DNA from: Bacteroidales bacterium
Lineage (GTDB): Bacteria; Bacteroidota; Bacteroidia; Bacteroidales; UBA10428
DNA: 64,000 nucleotides
Reading direction: 5' to 3'
NCBI GenBank assembly: GCA_041737175.1
Contig: JBGSSF010000033.1
Coordinates: 8,849-72,848, forward strand
Below are positions 1-7,823 of this stretch, piece after piece. The notes under the pieces were generated by a model. The model was not told the DNA's origin. It saw only the letters and a list, made by a program, of their open reading frames with translations, and did not search any database. Positions within the stretch are counted from its first letter, which is position 1. Each line of letters starts with the position of its first letter. Position numbers and translations under genes: made by a program.

Positions 1-662
1 AACAGGGGAATGCTCTGCTGGGAGGGAATTTCAGACCACAACTCGTTTCCGTGCATGATCCTGATGAATACCTTGGAACGGATCCGGACCATGTGGAATT
101 TGGCACACGTTTCAGCCATATTCTCGAGGCCTATAAAGCGCTGTCGGTTTTAAAATCACAGGGAAAGGTAAAAGCGATCGGCGTGGGGGCGAAGAATTGG
201 GAAACCATCCGGAGGATAACGGATGAAGTTGATCTCGATTGGGTGATGTTTGCCAACAGCATGACCATTTACCGGCACCCGAAGGATTTGTTGGATTTCA
301 TGGAAAAGCTTCATAAAAATGGCGTAGCGATCATCAATTCAGCGGTTTTTCATGCCGGATTTCTGACCGGCGGCGATTTCTTTGATTATATCCCCATAAA
401 ACCCGATTCCGATGAGAACAGGTCAAAATTTAAATGGAGGCATGATTTCTTTACCTTATGCAAAGAATATGATGTTGTCCCGGCCAATGCCTGTGTTCAA
501 TTTGCCATGACACCTCCGGGTGTGATCAGCATTTCGCTGAATACATCCAATCCGAACCGGGTGAAAAACAATGTGGAATCCGTTGCGTGCAAAATTCCGG
601 AGGGCTTCTGGAAGGAAATGGTTGAGAAGGGATTGATAGATAAGGAATATCCGCATCTTTGA
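1..662 (+). CDS. Aldo/keto reductase family sugar dehydrogenase, 5'-truncated by the window edge
   Basis: Frame 3 is open from base 3 (QGNALLGGNFRPQLVS precedes the GTG used by the ORF track), so the gene begins upstream of the window. The C-terminal sequence is AKR-like (KAIGVGAKNWE, INSAVFHAGFLTGG, VQFAMTPPGVISISLNTSNP) and resembles aldose/L-fucose 1-dehydrogenase-type AKRs. Confidence 0.75.
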   Translation, partial: QGNALLGGNFRPQLVSVHDPDEYLGTDPDHVEFGTRFSHILEAYKALSVLKSQGKVKAIGVGAKNWETIRRITDEVDLDWVMFANSMTIYRHPKDLLDFMEKLHKNGVAIINSAVFHAGFLTGGDFFDYIPIKPDSDENRSKFKWRHDFFTLCKEYDVVPANACVQFAMTPPGVISISLNTSNPNRVKNNVESVACKIPEGFWKEMVEKGLIDKEYPHL

Positions 663-696
663 TTAACATTGCAGTCTCAGATATAATGATCCCATC

Positions 697-1755
697 ATGA
701 AAAAAATGAATGCCGCGGTTCTGACCGAATACAAAAAGATTGAATGGAGGTCTGTTGATATCCCCCGGGTATCAGGCAACGAAGTTTTAATACAGGTTGG
801 TTATGCCTGCATTTGCGGCAGCGATCAGCATGTTTTCCTGGGTGAGTTTCACCCGCGTACAACTTTGCCCCTGATACAGGGTCATGAATTCGCAGGCACG
901 ATCGTTGAAACCGGTCCCGATGTCAGGAATTATAAATCAGGTGACCGGGTGGCAGTGGATCCCATCATCTGGTGCGGCCACTGTCCGGCCTGCCAAAGAC
1001 ATCATTACCCGGCCTGTTCCTCGTTAAAACTGGTAGGCATTGACCTCGACGGCGGATTCAGTGAATACATGAAAGTGCCGGAGGCCATGCTTTATCGGGT
1101 AACGGATAAAATCCCCGATGAACATGCTGCCCTGGTGGAAGTGCTGTCCATCGGATTTCATGCCTGCAAACGGGCCAAAGTTGGCGCGGGCGACAGGGTG
1201 GTCATCTGGGGTGCCGGTAAAGTGGGACAGAGCATCCTGCAGGCCGTAAAAACAAAAACGCAAAACACGGTCATCCTGGTGGATATTCTTGAAGAAAGGC
1301 TTGCCATCGCGAAAAAAGCCTATAACGATGTATCGATCCTCAATGCATCGAAAGTTAATGCCATCGACAGAATAAAAGAACTTACCGGCGGAGAAGGTGT
1401 TGATATTGCCTTTGAAGCCGTCGGTCACACAAAAGATCTGGCTGGTATCATCAATCCCGTCAGAGGCTGTATACAGGCCATACGGGGAGCCGGAACAGTT
1501 TGTGTGCTGGGCTTGTCTGCCGACCCATCTCCAATCGTAATGCGGGAACTGATCTGGAAAGAAGGAATTATCATGACCTCCCGCGTTTCGCATGGCGAAT
1601 TTGCAGAGACCATCGAAAACATGAACAAGGGAACCCTGAAGCCGGACGCCCTCGTCACCGATATCCTGCACCCATCCATGGCTCAGCAGGCATTTGAAAT
1701 GCTGGAGGAAGAACCCCAAAAACACCTTAAGATCCTGCTAAAATTTTTACCATGA
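697..1755 (+). CDS. Zinc-dependent medium-chain alcohol/polyol dehydrogenase
   Basis: Catalytic-zinc motif GHEFAGTIVETG, structural-zinc Cys cluster CGHCPACQRHHYPAC, and Rossmann motif GAGKVG. 352 aa, ATG start. Confidence 0.85.
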   Translation: MKKMNAAVLTEYKKIEWRSVDIPRVSGNEVLIQVGYACICGSDQHVFLGEFHPRTTLPLIQGHEFAGTIVETGPDVRNYKSGDRVAVDPIIWCGHCPACQRHHYPACSSLKLVGIDLDGGFSEYMKVPEAMLYRVTDKIPDEHAALVEVLSIGFHACKRAKVGAGDRVVIWGAGKVGQSILQAVKTKTQNTVILVDILEERLAIAKKAYNDVSILNASKVNAIDRIKELTGGEGVDIAFEAVGHTKDLAGIINPVRGCIQAIRGAGTVCVLGLSADPSPIVMRELIWKEGIIMTSRVSHGEFAETIENMNKGTLKPDALVTDILHPSMAQQAFEMLEEEPQKHLKILLKFLP

Positions 1756-2588
1756 AACTCGATGCCCATCAGCATTTCTGGTTGTACAGCAGTAGAGATT
1801 TTGACTGGATTGATGACCGGATGCGGGTGTTAAAGCGTAATTACCTTCCCGGGGACCTGCATCCTGAACTGGCGAAAGCCGGGATGTCAGGTTCGGTTGT
1901 TGTTCAGGCCCGACAGACGGCGGAGGAAACCCGCTGGCTGTTGCACCTCGCCGGTCAGAATGGTTTTATTAAGGGAGTGGTAGGCTGGGTGGATCTTTGC
2001 TCTGAAAGTGACTTAAAACGTCAGCTCGATGAGTTCAGCAAATCAAAAAAGTTCATCGGCGTAAGGCATGTGGTGCATGATGAACCAGAAGATAATTTTA
2101 TGCTACGCGATGATTTTCTGAAAGGCCTCAGTCTGTTAAAGGAATATAATCTCACCTATGACTTACTGTTGTTTCCAAAACATCTTCCTGTTGCCGAAGT
2201 CGTTGTAACCCTATTCCCGGAGCAGAAATTCGTACTCGATCATATCTCCAAGCCACTGATCAAAAACCGGATTATAAGTCCATGGAAAGAAGACCTCATC
2301 CGACTGGCAACGCATAAGAATGTATGGTGTAAGATCTCGGGCATGGTTACGGAGACCGACTGGAAAAAACAAAAACCGGAAGACTTTTACCCTTACCTTG
2401 ATATTGTTTTCGAAGCCTATGGCACTGACCGGCTGATGATTGGAAGCGACTGGCCGGTTTGCCTGCTGGCTGGGGAATATGCTGATGTAATAGGCATTGT
2501 GCAAAACTATATTTCAGAAATGCCGGTTGAAGTCCAGCAAAAAATACTGGGAAAAAATTGTATTGAATTTTATGGTTTGGAAGTGTAG
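1752..2588 (+). CDS. Amidohydrolase-2 family protein, probable aldonolactonase (L-fucono/rhamnono-lactonase type)
   Basis: N-terminal metal-binding DAHQHFW motif and C-terminal GSDWPV motif typical of amidohydrolase_2 lactonases. ATGA overlap with the upstream ADH suggests translational coupling. Confidence 0.8.
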   Translation: MKLDAHQHFWLYSSRDFDWIDDRMRVLKRNYLPGDLHPELAKAGMSGSVVVQARQTAEETRWLLHLAGQNGFIKGVVGWVDLCSESDLKRQLDEFSKSKKFIGVRHVVHDEPEDNFMLRDDFLKGLSLLKEYNLTYDLLLFPKHLPVAEVVVTLFPEQKFVLDHISKPLIKNRIISPWKEDLIRLATHKNVWCKISGMVTETDWKKQKPEDFYPYLDIVFEAYGTDRLMIGSDWPVCLLAGEYADVIGIVQNYISEMPVEVQQKILGKNCIEFYGLEV

Positions 2589-2613
2589 CAGCTAATGAAA
2601 ATCCTTTTATGGC

Positions 2614-3228
2614 TTATTTTAGCCCGAATCTGTTTATTATTTCCTGGCGCTCATTTAAGGCATTGGGAGCGAAAACCAATCCGTATTTTTCGTTTAGGAT
2701 ATTCATTTCTTTATTTTTGGCTTCTGAACCATCCGGATAGCCTTTTTCTGCAGTAATTTCATGGAAAATAAGTTCCAGGTATTCTTCAAATGGCTGATTA
2801 AAATACATATCGAGGAATCGCAAAGGCTTGTCCGACGCGTTCCAGAAAGTATGTTTAAGTAAACGGGGCCGCAAATGCCAACCTCCGGCTTGCACTTCCA
2901 CAATATCGTCACCAATCAGAATGCTGGCTGTACCATCAAGTACATACATTAACTCATCCAATTCTTTATGATAATGAGGAGGAGGTCCCATTAATTTTGG
3001 TGCAACTGCAGTTTCAACATTTGAATACATTCCATTTGTCATGGAGGAACGAACCCAAACCCGAATATCCATACCCCCCTTATGCTCCAGAGGAGGTAAT
3101 GAAGGTAACAGAATGGTTTTCAAAGGATCTGCGGACGTTGGACCCTGAGATGCACCCATGGTGGTTTGTGACAAAACGCCAATAGCTGTTAAAATACTTG
3201 ATTTTAAGATAAATTCACGTCTTTCCAT
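2614..3228 (-). CDS. TAT-exported cupin-domain protein
   Basis: Twin-arginine leader MERREFILKSSILTAIGVL. Cupin core motifs PPPHYHKELDELMYVLDGT and VQAGGWHLRPRLLKH. Confidence 0.7.
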   Translation of the reverse strand: MERREFILKSSILTAIGVLSQTTMGASQGPTSADPLKTILLPSLPPLEHKGGMDIRVWVRSSMTNGMYSNVETAVAPKLMGPPPHYHKELDELMYVLDGTASILIGDDIVEVQAGGWHLRPRLLKHTFWNASDKPLRFLDMYFNQPFEEYLELIFHEITAEKGYPDGSEAKNKEMNILNEKYGLVFAPNALNERQEIINRFGLK

Positions 3229-3333
3229 TTTGTTGTAATTTAGATCAATTATGCAAGTTGAAGTATAACAAAAGTTTCTGTTATATTGTTTTCAAGTAGC
3301 ATAAAATAAGTTATTGGCATATTTGATCCCTCA

Positions 3334-3511
3334 GGCGGAGTTACAAACCATAGCCGGCAACTTCAGCTAATTAATACTATTGCAGGACGTTCAGCGAAAT
3401 GATTGTTCTTCAATAGCCCCGGCCTTCAGGCCGGGGATCAAATAGGATTCGTTTATATTTCTGGGGTTTTAACCCCTACCATTTTCCCCGGCCTGAAGGC
3501 CGGGGCTATTG
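3334..3511. repeat. Copy A of a dispersed hairpin-module repeat family
   Basis: 3334-3366 GGCGGAGTTACAAACCATAGCCGGCAACTTCAG matches 27485-27517 and the inverted copy at 27738-27770. An exact 26-nt inverted repeat (CAATAGCCCCGGCCTTCAGGCCGGGG at 3411-3436, reverse complement at 3486-3511) has arms that are each a hairpin. The intervening TATATTTCTGGGGTTTT matches 56662-56676. Confidence 0.7.
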
Positions 3512-3527
3512 ATAAGTGTACTTAAAT

Positions 3528-4118
3528 TTAGTTCACCCTGATTTCCTTGCTGCTAATATTGGCGTTATTCAGGAACTTTGTAACCGCGCCAAAATCACTG
3601 ACATTTACCTTACCCTTCAGTGAGGCTAAGGGAATCCCCTCGATGATCAGCACTTTGAAAGACATAAGCGTTGAAGGCGCAAAGGTGTCATTTACCCCTT
3701 CGAAGACTTCTTTATAGATCAGATCAATGCCGCCAACATAAGCATCAAAATCCATATAAATGAACAGCGCATCATCCACATAAGTATAGGGCAACAGGTT
3801 GAAACTTTTCGGTTCGGTTTCAATTAACCTGTATACCAGAACGGCTCCTTCATAATAAATATCATCCGTTATCTCCGGCACATCAAGCCAGGCCCTGTAT
3901 CCGGAGGCATCTCCCTCCCATTCGGTGGCTTCCACATCATAAATAACGGAGTAGGCATATGCGGTTCCGTCGGCACCATCAATACCGTCATATCCCTGCG
4001 GTCCCTGCGGTCCCATAGGGCCTTCGGGTCCGGAACACTGTACAAGCAGAATTGTCAAAAATGCAAAGGAAAAGATACGGATCAATCTTCCTGTCGATGG
4101 TTGTTTATTTGTTTTCAT
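3528..4118 (-). CDS. Lipoprotein with a short collagen-like Gly-X-Y tract, function unknown
   Basis: Signal peptide with lipobox (LLVQC), followed immediately by seven G-X-Y triplets (GPEGPMGPQGPQGYDGIDGADG). I do not recognise a family for the rest of the protein. Confidence 0.6.
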   Translation of the reverse strand: MKTNKQPSTGRLIRIFSFAFLTILLVQCSGPEGPMGPQGPQGYDGIDGADGTAYAYSVIYDVEATEWEGDASGYRAWLDVPEITDDIYYEGAVLVYRLIETEPKSFNLLPYTYVDDALFIYMDFDAYVGGIDLIYKEVFEGVNDTFAPSTLMSFKVLIIEGIPLASLKGKVNVSDFGAVTKFLNNANISSKEIRVN

Positions 4119-4267
4119 TTGGGGTGATTTTGAAGTTAATGTACATGAAGCACTTGAATATAATATTTGAGAAACAATAATTGTACCACTATGTTCTACC
4201 CGTTTTTCTAAAATGATTTATATTTACGGCATCAACGGTTTCCTATCATCTTCAAATTGCAATAATA

Positions 4268-4465
4268 ATGAATACCAACACCATTACTGAAAAAGACAGG
4301 CAAATGGCCAAACAGTGCCTCGAGTGCCCCGTATGCACGAGGGCAAGAAAAAATCAAAAAGGTTTTTTTTACTGGTTCGTACAACGGATTGAAGGCGGTG
4401 TATGCCCGTATTGCCAGGCTTATGAGAAAGTATACGGTAAGAAGGCGCATGAACGTTTGAATTAA
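4268..4465 (+). CDS. Small Cys-rich (two CxxC pairs) zinc-ribbon-like protein
   Basis: 65 aa with an ATG start. CLECPVC ... CPYC has the spacing of a four-Cys zinc ribbon. There is no other homology signal, and an equally long antisense ORF exists. Confidence 0.4.
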   Translation: MNTNTITEKDRQMAKQCLECPVCTRARKNQKGFFYWFVQRIEGGVCPYCQAYEKVYGKKAHERLN

Positions 4466-4496
4466 AACACCAGAAATCTGATCTTTTCGGTTTTTG

Positions 4497-7400
4497 TTAC
4501 TTCAGTAGCTTAAATACCTGCAGCTCTCCGTTATTCACCGCAGTAACAATATACTTTTTACCGGATACTTCAACAGGTAGTATCCTCCGGCCGTCTCCTT
4601 TTGCGATATAACCGCTTTCCAAGGGCATCAGCGCGGTGTATTTATGATCTGCGCTGCCCAGCAGGCACCAGCCATAGCTGGCATCGTAGCGACCCAGCGA
4701 AGGCCTTACTGCATAATGGTTTCCGATAACGATCAGATCTGCAATGTTGTCGCGGTTGGCATCTTCAACCAATATGTGACGAACCGGGGAAAACTGGACC
4801 GGCGTGGGAAGTTTACTGATCGAAAATGCACCGTTGCCGTTATTGAGGAACACACAGCTTTCAAATAACACGGCTTTTTTTAATGTAGCTTGTTCCAGTA
4901 TATTTTTTCCGAAAATGTCCCTGGCCGTTTTGCCTCCGAAATCGGAATACCTGGGATAGTCTTTTTTCAGTACCGCCAACTGACCGGTCAGTTCATCCAG
5001 GGAAGCCACGGGATAACTGATGCCCTTCTCATAGGAGCAGATGATCTGATCCAGCGATCCGTTGTTGTCAAAGTCGTCGAGGTACATTTCAACGGGCTCC
5101 TTTACGGAAGCTTTCAGCATGGAGTTCAGTCCCAGGTTTCCCCCGACCATGTCCAAATCGCCGTCACGGTCCAGATCCGCCACTTCAATGCAATTCCACC
5201 AGCCTGAGGTTTCAGCCAGACCGGCAATGGCAGTAACGTCGGTGAAATACCCGTTGCTGTTACTGAAGATGGAAACCTTCATCCATTCACCCACCACCAC
5301 CAGATCAGGATCGCCGTCGTGGTCATAATCCATCCAGTTGGCATCAGTCACCATGCCGGCATTCCGGAGTCCTTTCATCCTTTGATCCGTCACATCTTTA
5401 AAATGTCCCCGTCCGTTATTCTCAAGCAGGTAAAGATCCGGGGGCCAGCCATAACCGCCGGGAACGGATCTGGAACCCAGGAACAGGTCAAGATCGCCGT
5501 CGTTGTCAAAATCACCCGGCCGCACACAGGATCCATTGTGGGAAATAAAAGGCAGGGATCCTTTTTCGCACGCGGCAAAACCTCCCTTGCCGTCATTGAT
5601 CAGCAACCTGTCAGCCAGCAAAGGATGGCCGATGAGTAACTCATTGCCTCCCCTTACGATATATAGATCGAGATCGCCATCCTGGTCAGCATCAAAAAAA
5701 GCAGCATCAGTATCTTCGGTATATTGGTCCAGAAGTAACACCGGCACTGGGACCGACCTGAAGCTTCCATTTTTATTCTGCACAAACAACTGTGCAGTCT
5801 GGCCTTTGGCCCCGCCCGTAAACAAATCATCCAACCCGTCGCCGTTTATATCTCCCACGGCCAATGCAGGTCCCTCCGTTGAAAGGCTGTGCGGGATCAG
5901 GTGTTCCCGGTCAAAATCCATGTAGGCATCTTCTTTGTGCCTGAACTCAAGTCCGGGTATTTGTGCAAACGAAAACAACTTAGGATTTTCACCGGTTTCA
6001 GGTGTTTTTGCAGGCCGGCTTGCATGGATCATTTCCAATACGAGGAACTGATCAGCCGCAACATCTTTCAGTATTTGTAAAGAATTGTCAGGCCAGCGCA
6101 CAATCAATGAATCAATGCTGCTCACGGATCCCAGGCCAAAGTGCAGCACATCGGAGGATGCAGACATAAAACCTCTTGTCACAAATTGCTCGGCCACCTG
6201 AATCTGCCCGTTGCTGTATAATGTTACACGCGCTCCGGTACCACGGGTGTTCAGTCCTTTCCCTTTGAATGCCACAGAAAGGAAATGATTACCTGTTTTC
6301 TCTACAGCATTATTCCTGTAGATGTAAGCCGTCTCGTTGATGTTGTTCGTTATAAGATCGAGGTCGCCGTCATTGTCCAGATCCGCATAGGCAGAACCGT
6401 TGGAATAGGAGCGGGTATTGAAGCCCCAGTCTTTGGCCTTATTGGTAAATGTCAGATCGCCGTTGTTTTTAAAGATAAAATTGATGTTCGGATACAGGGG
6501 CATCCTGGAATAAAGCACGCTGTCGGATAAATTGCTGTTATCCTTCCCGGGAAAATACCGGTTGCCGCCGGTAAGGAAATCGAGATAATCCAGGTCATTG
6601 GCCCTGCGGTAAATCCCGTTGGTGATAAAAAGGTCCTTCCACCCGTCATTGTCCACATCGCAAAACAAAGGCGACCAGCTCCAGTCGGTTGCATATACGC
6701 CCGACAACAGTCCGATTTCACTGAACATGCCTCCGCCCAGGTTCAGCTGCAGGTTATTCCGGGTAAACTGATGGTCATAGCCGTATTGTTTCTTGATCTG
6801 ATACAGCTCATAGTCGTCATCCGAGGCGGACTGCTTCCTGATTTTCTCCTCATCGGGCATCATGTCCAAAACAAATACATCCAGAAGACCATCGTTGTTA
6901 AAATCCCCGATGTCATTGCCCATGGAAGACCTGGTGGTATGCCCCATGGATTCAGTCAGGCGTTCAGAGAATGTTCCGTTCCCGTTGTTGATGTACAAAT
7001 AATCATTTTCATGAAAGTCATTGGAGATGTAGATATCGGGTAATCCGTCGTTGCTGACATCGCTGATGTTAATCCCCAGTCCGTAACCGATCTGGCTGCT
7101 GAAAATCCCTGCCTCCCGGGTGACATCCGTGAACACGCGTCGGCCCTCCGCCCCGTCATTCCGGAACAGGCGGTCGCCGGCCAGTTCATCGCGGTCCAGT
7201 CGCAGGGTATACATGCCATAGCTCCGGGAAGTATGCACCGAGTGGTTCAGCAGGTACATATCGAGGTCCCCGTCCGTGTCATAATCAAAAAAGGCTGCCT
7301 GGGTGGAGAATCCCTGGAAGTCAAGCCCGTAATCCTGCGCTTCGTCTTTAAAAGTCAGGTTTCCCTGGTTGATGAACAACTGGTTTCTTCCCTGTAAATT

Positions 7401-7814
7401 TTTGTAATTGCCAACCTGGCAAATATAGATGTCCAGGAATCCATCCCCATTCACGTCGGCCAGGGTGACACCGGTTTTCCAGGAGCCATGGCCTGCAACA
7501 CCGGCCTTGTCGGTGATATCCTCGAACCGGAGATTTCCCCTATTGAGGTATAATTTATTGGAATTTTGATTGGAGGTGAAATAAAGATCTGTCAGACCGT
7601 CGTTGTTGATGTCTCCGGCAGCAACACCTGCCCCGTTGTTGAAATAAAGGTATTTAATGATGTTGAATTCCTCAGTTTCGGTCAGCTGGTTGATGAAATC
7701 CACGCCCGTTATCTCAGCGGGAAGCAGGGAAAGCAGGAAGTCCTGTTCTTCCTTCCCCGGACTGCACGAAGAAAGCAGCATGGGCAACAACAGTATCAGC
7801 GCTGCATTTTTCAT
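4497..7814 (-). CDS. FG-GAP/VCBS-repeat + ASPIC/UnbV-domain lipoprotein (CRTAC1-like), paralogue 1
   Basis: Lipobox LLSSC. More than 10 FG-GAP calcium-loop motifs (DINNDGLTDLY, DVNGDGFLDIY, DYDTDGDLDMY, DLDNDGDLDLI ...). Central UnbV_ASPIC-type segment (GARVTLYSNGQIQVAEQ...VLHFGLG). 1105 aa. Confidence 0.85.
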   Translation of the reverse strand: MKNAALILLLPMLLSSCSPGKEEQDFLLSLLPAEITGVDFINQLTETEEFNIIKYLYFNNGAGVAAGDINNDGLTDLYFTSNQNSNKLYLNRGNLRFEDITDKAGVAGHGSWKTGVTLADVNGDGFLDIYICQVGNYKNLQGRNQLFINQGNLTFKDEAQDYGLDFQGFSTQAAFFDYDTDGDLDMYLLNHSVHTSRSYGMYTLRLDRDELAGDRLFRNDGAEGRRVFTDVTREAGIFSSQIGYGLGINISDVSNDGLPDIYISNDFHENDYLYINNGNGTFSERLTESMGHTTRSSMGNDIGDFNNDGLLDVFVLDMMPDEEKIRKQSASDDDYELYQIKKQYGYDHQFTRNNLQLNLGGGMFSEIGLLSGVYATDWSWSPLFCDVDNDGWKDLFITNGIYRRANDLDYLDFLTGGNRYFPGKDNSNLSDSVLYSRMPLYPNINFIFKNNGDLTFTNKAKDWGFNTRSYSNGSAYADLDNDGDLDLITNNINETAYIYRNNAVEKTGNHFLSVAFKGKGLNTRGTGARVTLYSNGQIQVAEQFVTRGFMSASSDVLHFGLGSVSSIDSLIVRWPDNSLQILKDVAADQFLVLEMIHASRPAKTPETGENPKLFSFAQIPGLEFRHKEDAYMDFDREHLIPHSLSTEGPALAVGDINGDGLDDLFTGGAKGQTAQLFVQNKNGSFRSVPVPVLLLDQYTEDTDAAFFDADQDGDLDLYIVRGGNELLIGHPLLADRLLINDGKGGFAACEKGSLPFISHNGSCVRPGDFDNDGDLDLFLGSRSVPGGYGWPPDLYLLENNGRGHFKDVTDQRMKGLRNAGMVTDANWMDYDHDGDPDLVVVGEWMKVSIFSNSNGYFTDVTAIAGLAETSGWWNCIEVADLDRDGDLDMVGGNLGLNSMLKASVKEPVEMYLDDFDNNGSLDQIICSYEKGISYPVASLDELTGQLAVLKKDYPRYSDFGGKTARDIFGKNILEQATLKKAVLFESCVFLNNGNGAFSISKLPTPVQFSPVRHILVEDANRDNIADLIVIGNHYAVRPSLGRYDASYGWCLLGSADHKYTALMPLESGYIAKGDGRRILPVEVSGKKYIVTAVNNGELQVFKLLK

Positions 7815-7823
7815 ACGATTGCC

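Noticed and set aside
1024-1725. 233-aa minus-strand ORF inside the Zn-ADH gene.
   Set aside because: It is a shadow ORF opposite a gene with clear catalytic and structural zinc motifs.
4232-4450. 72-aa minus-strand ORF overlapping the 65-aa Cys-rich ORF.
   Set aside because: The two ORFs are mutually exclusive. The plus-strand product has a coherent four-Cys pattern and an ATG start, whereas the minus-strand product is hydrophobic and featureless. Even the plus-strand call is only low confidence.
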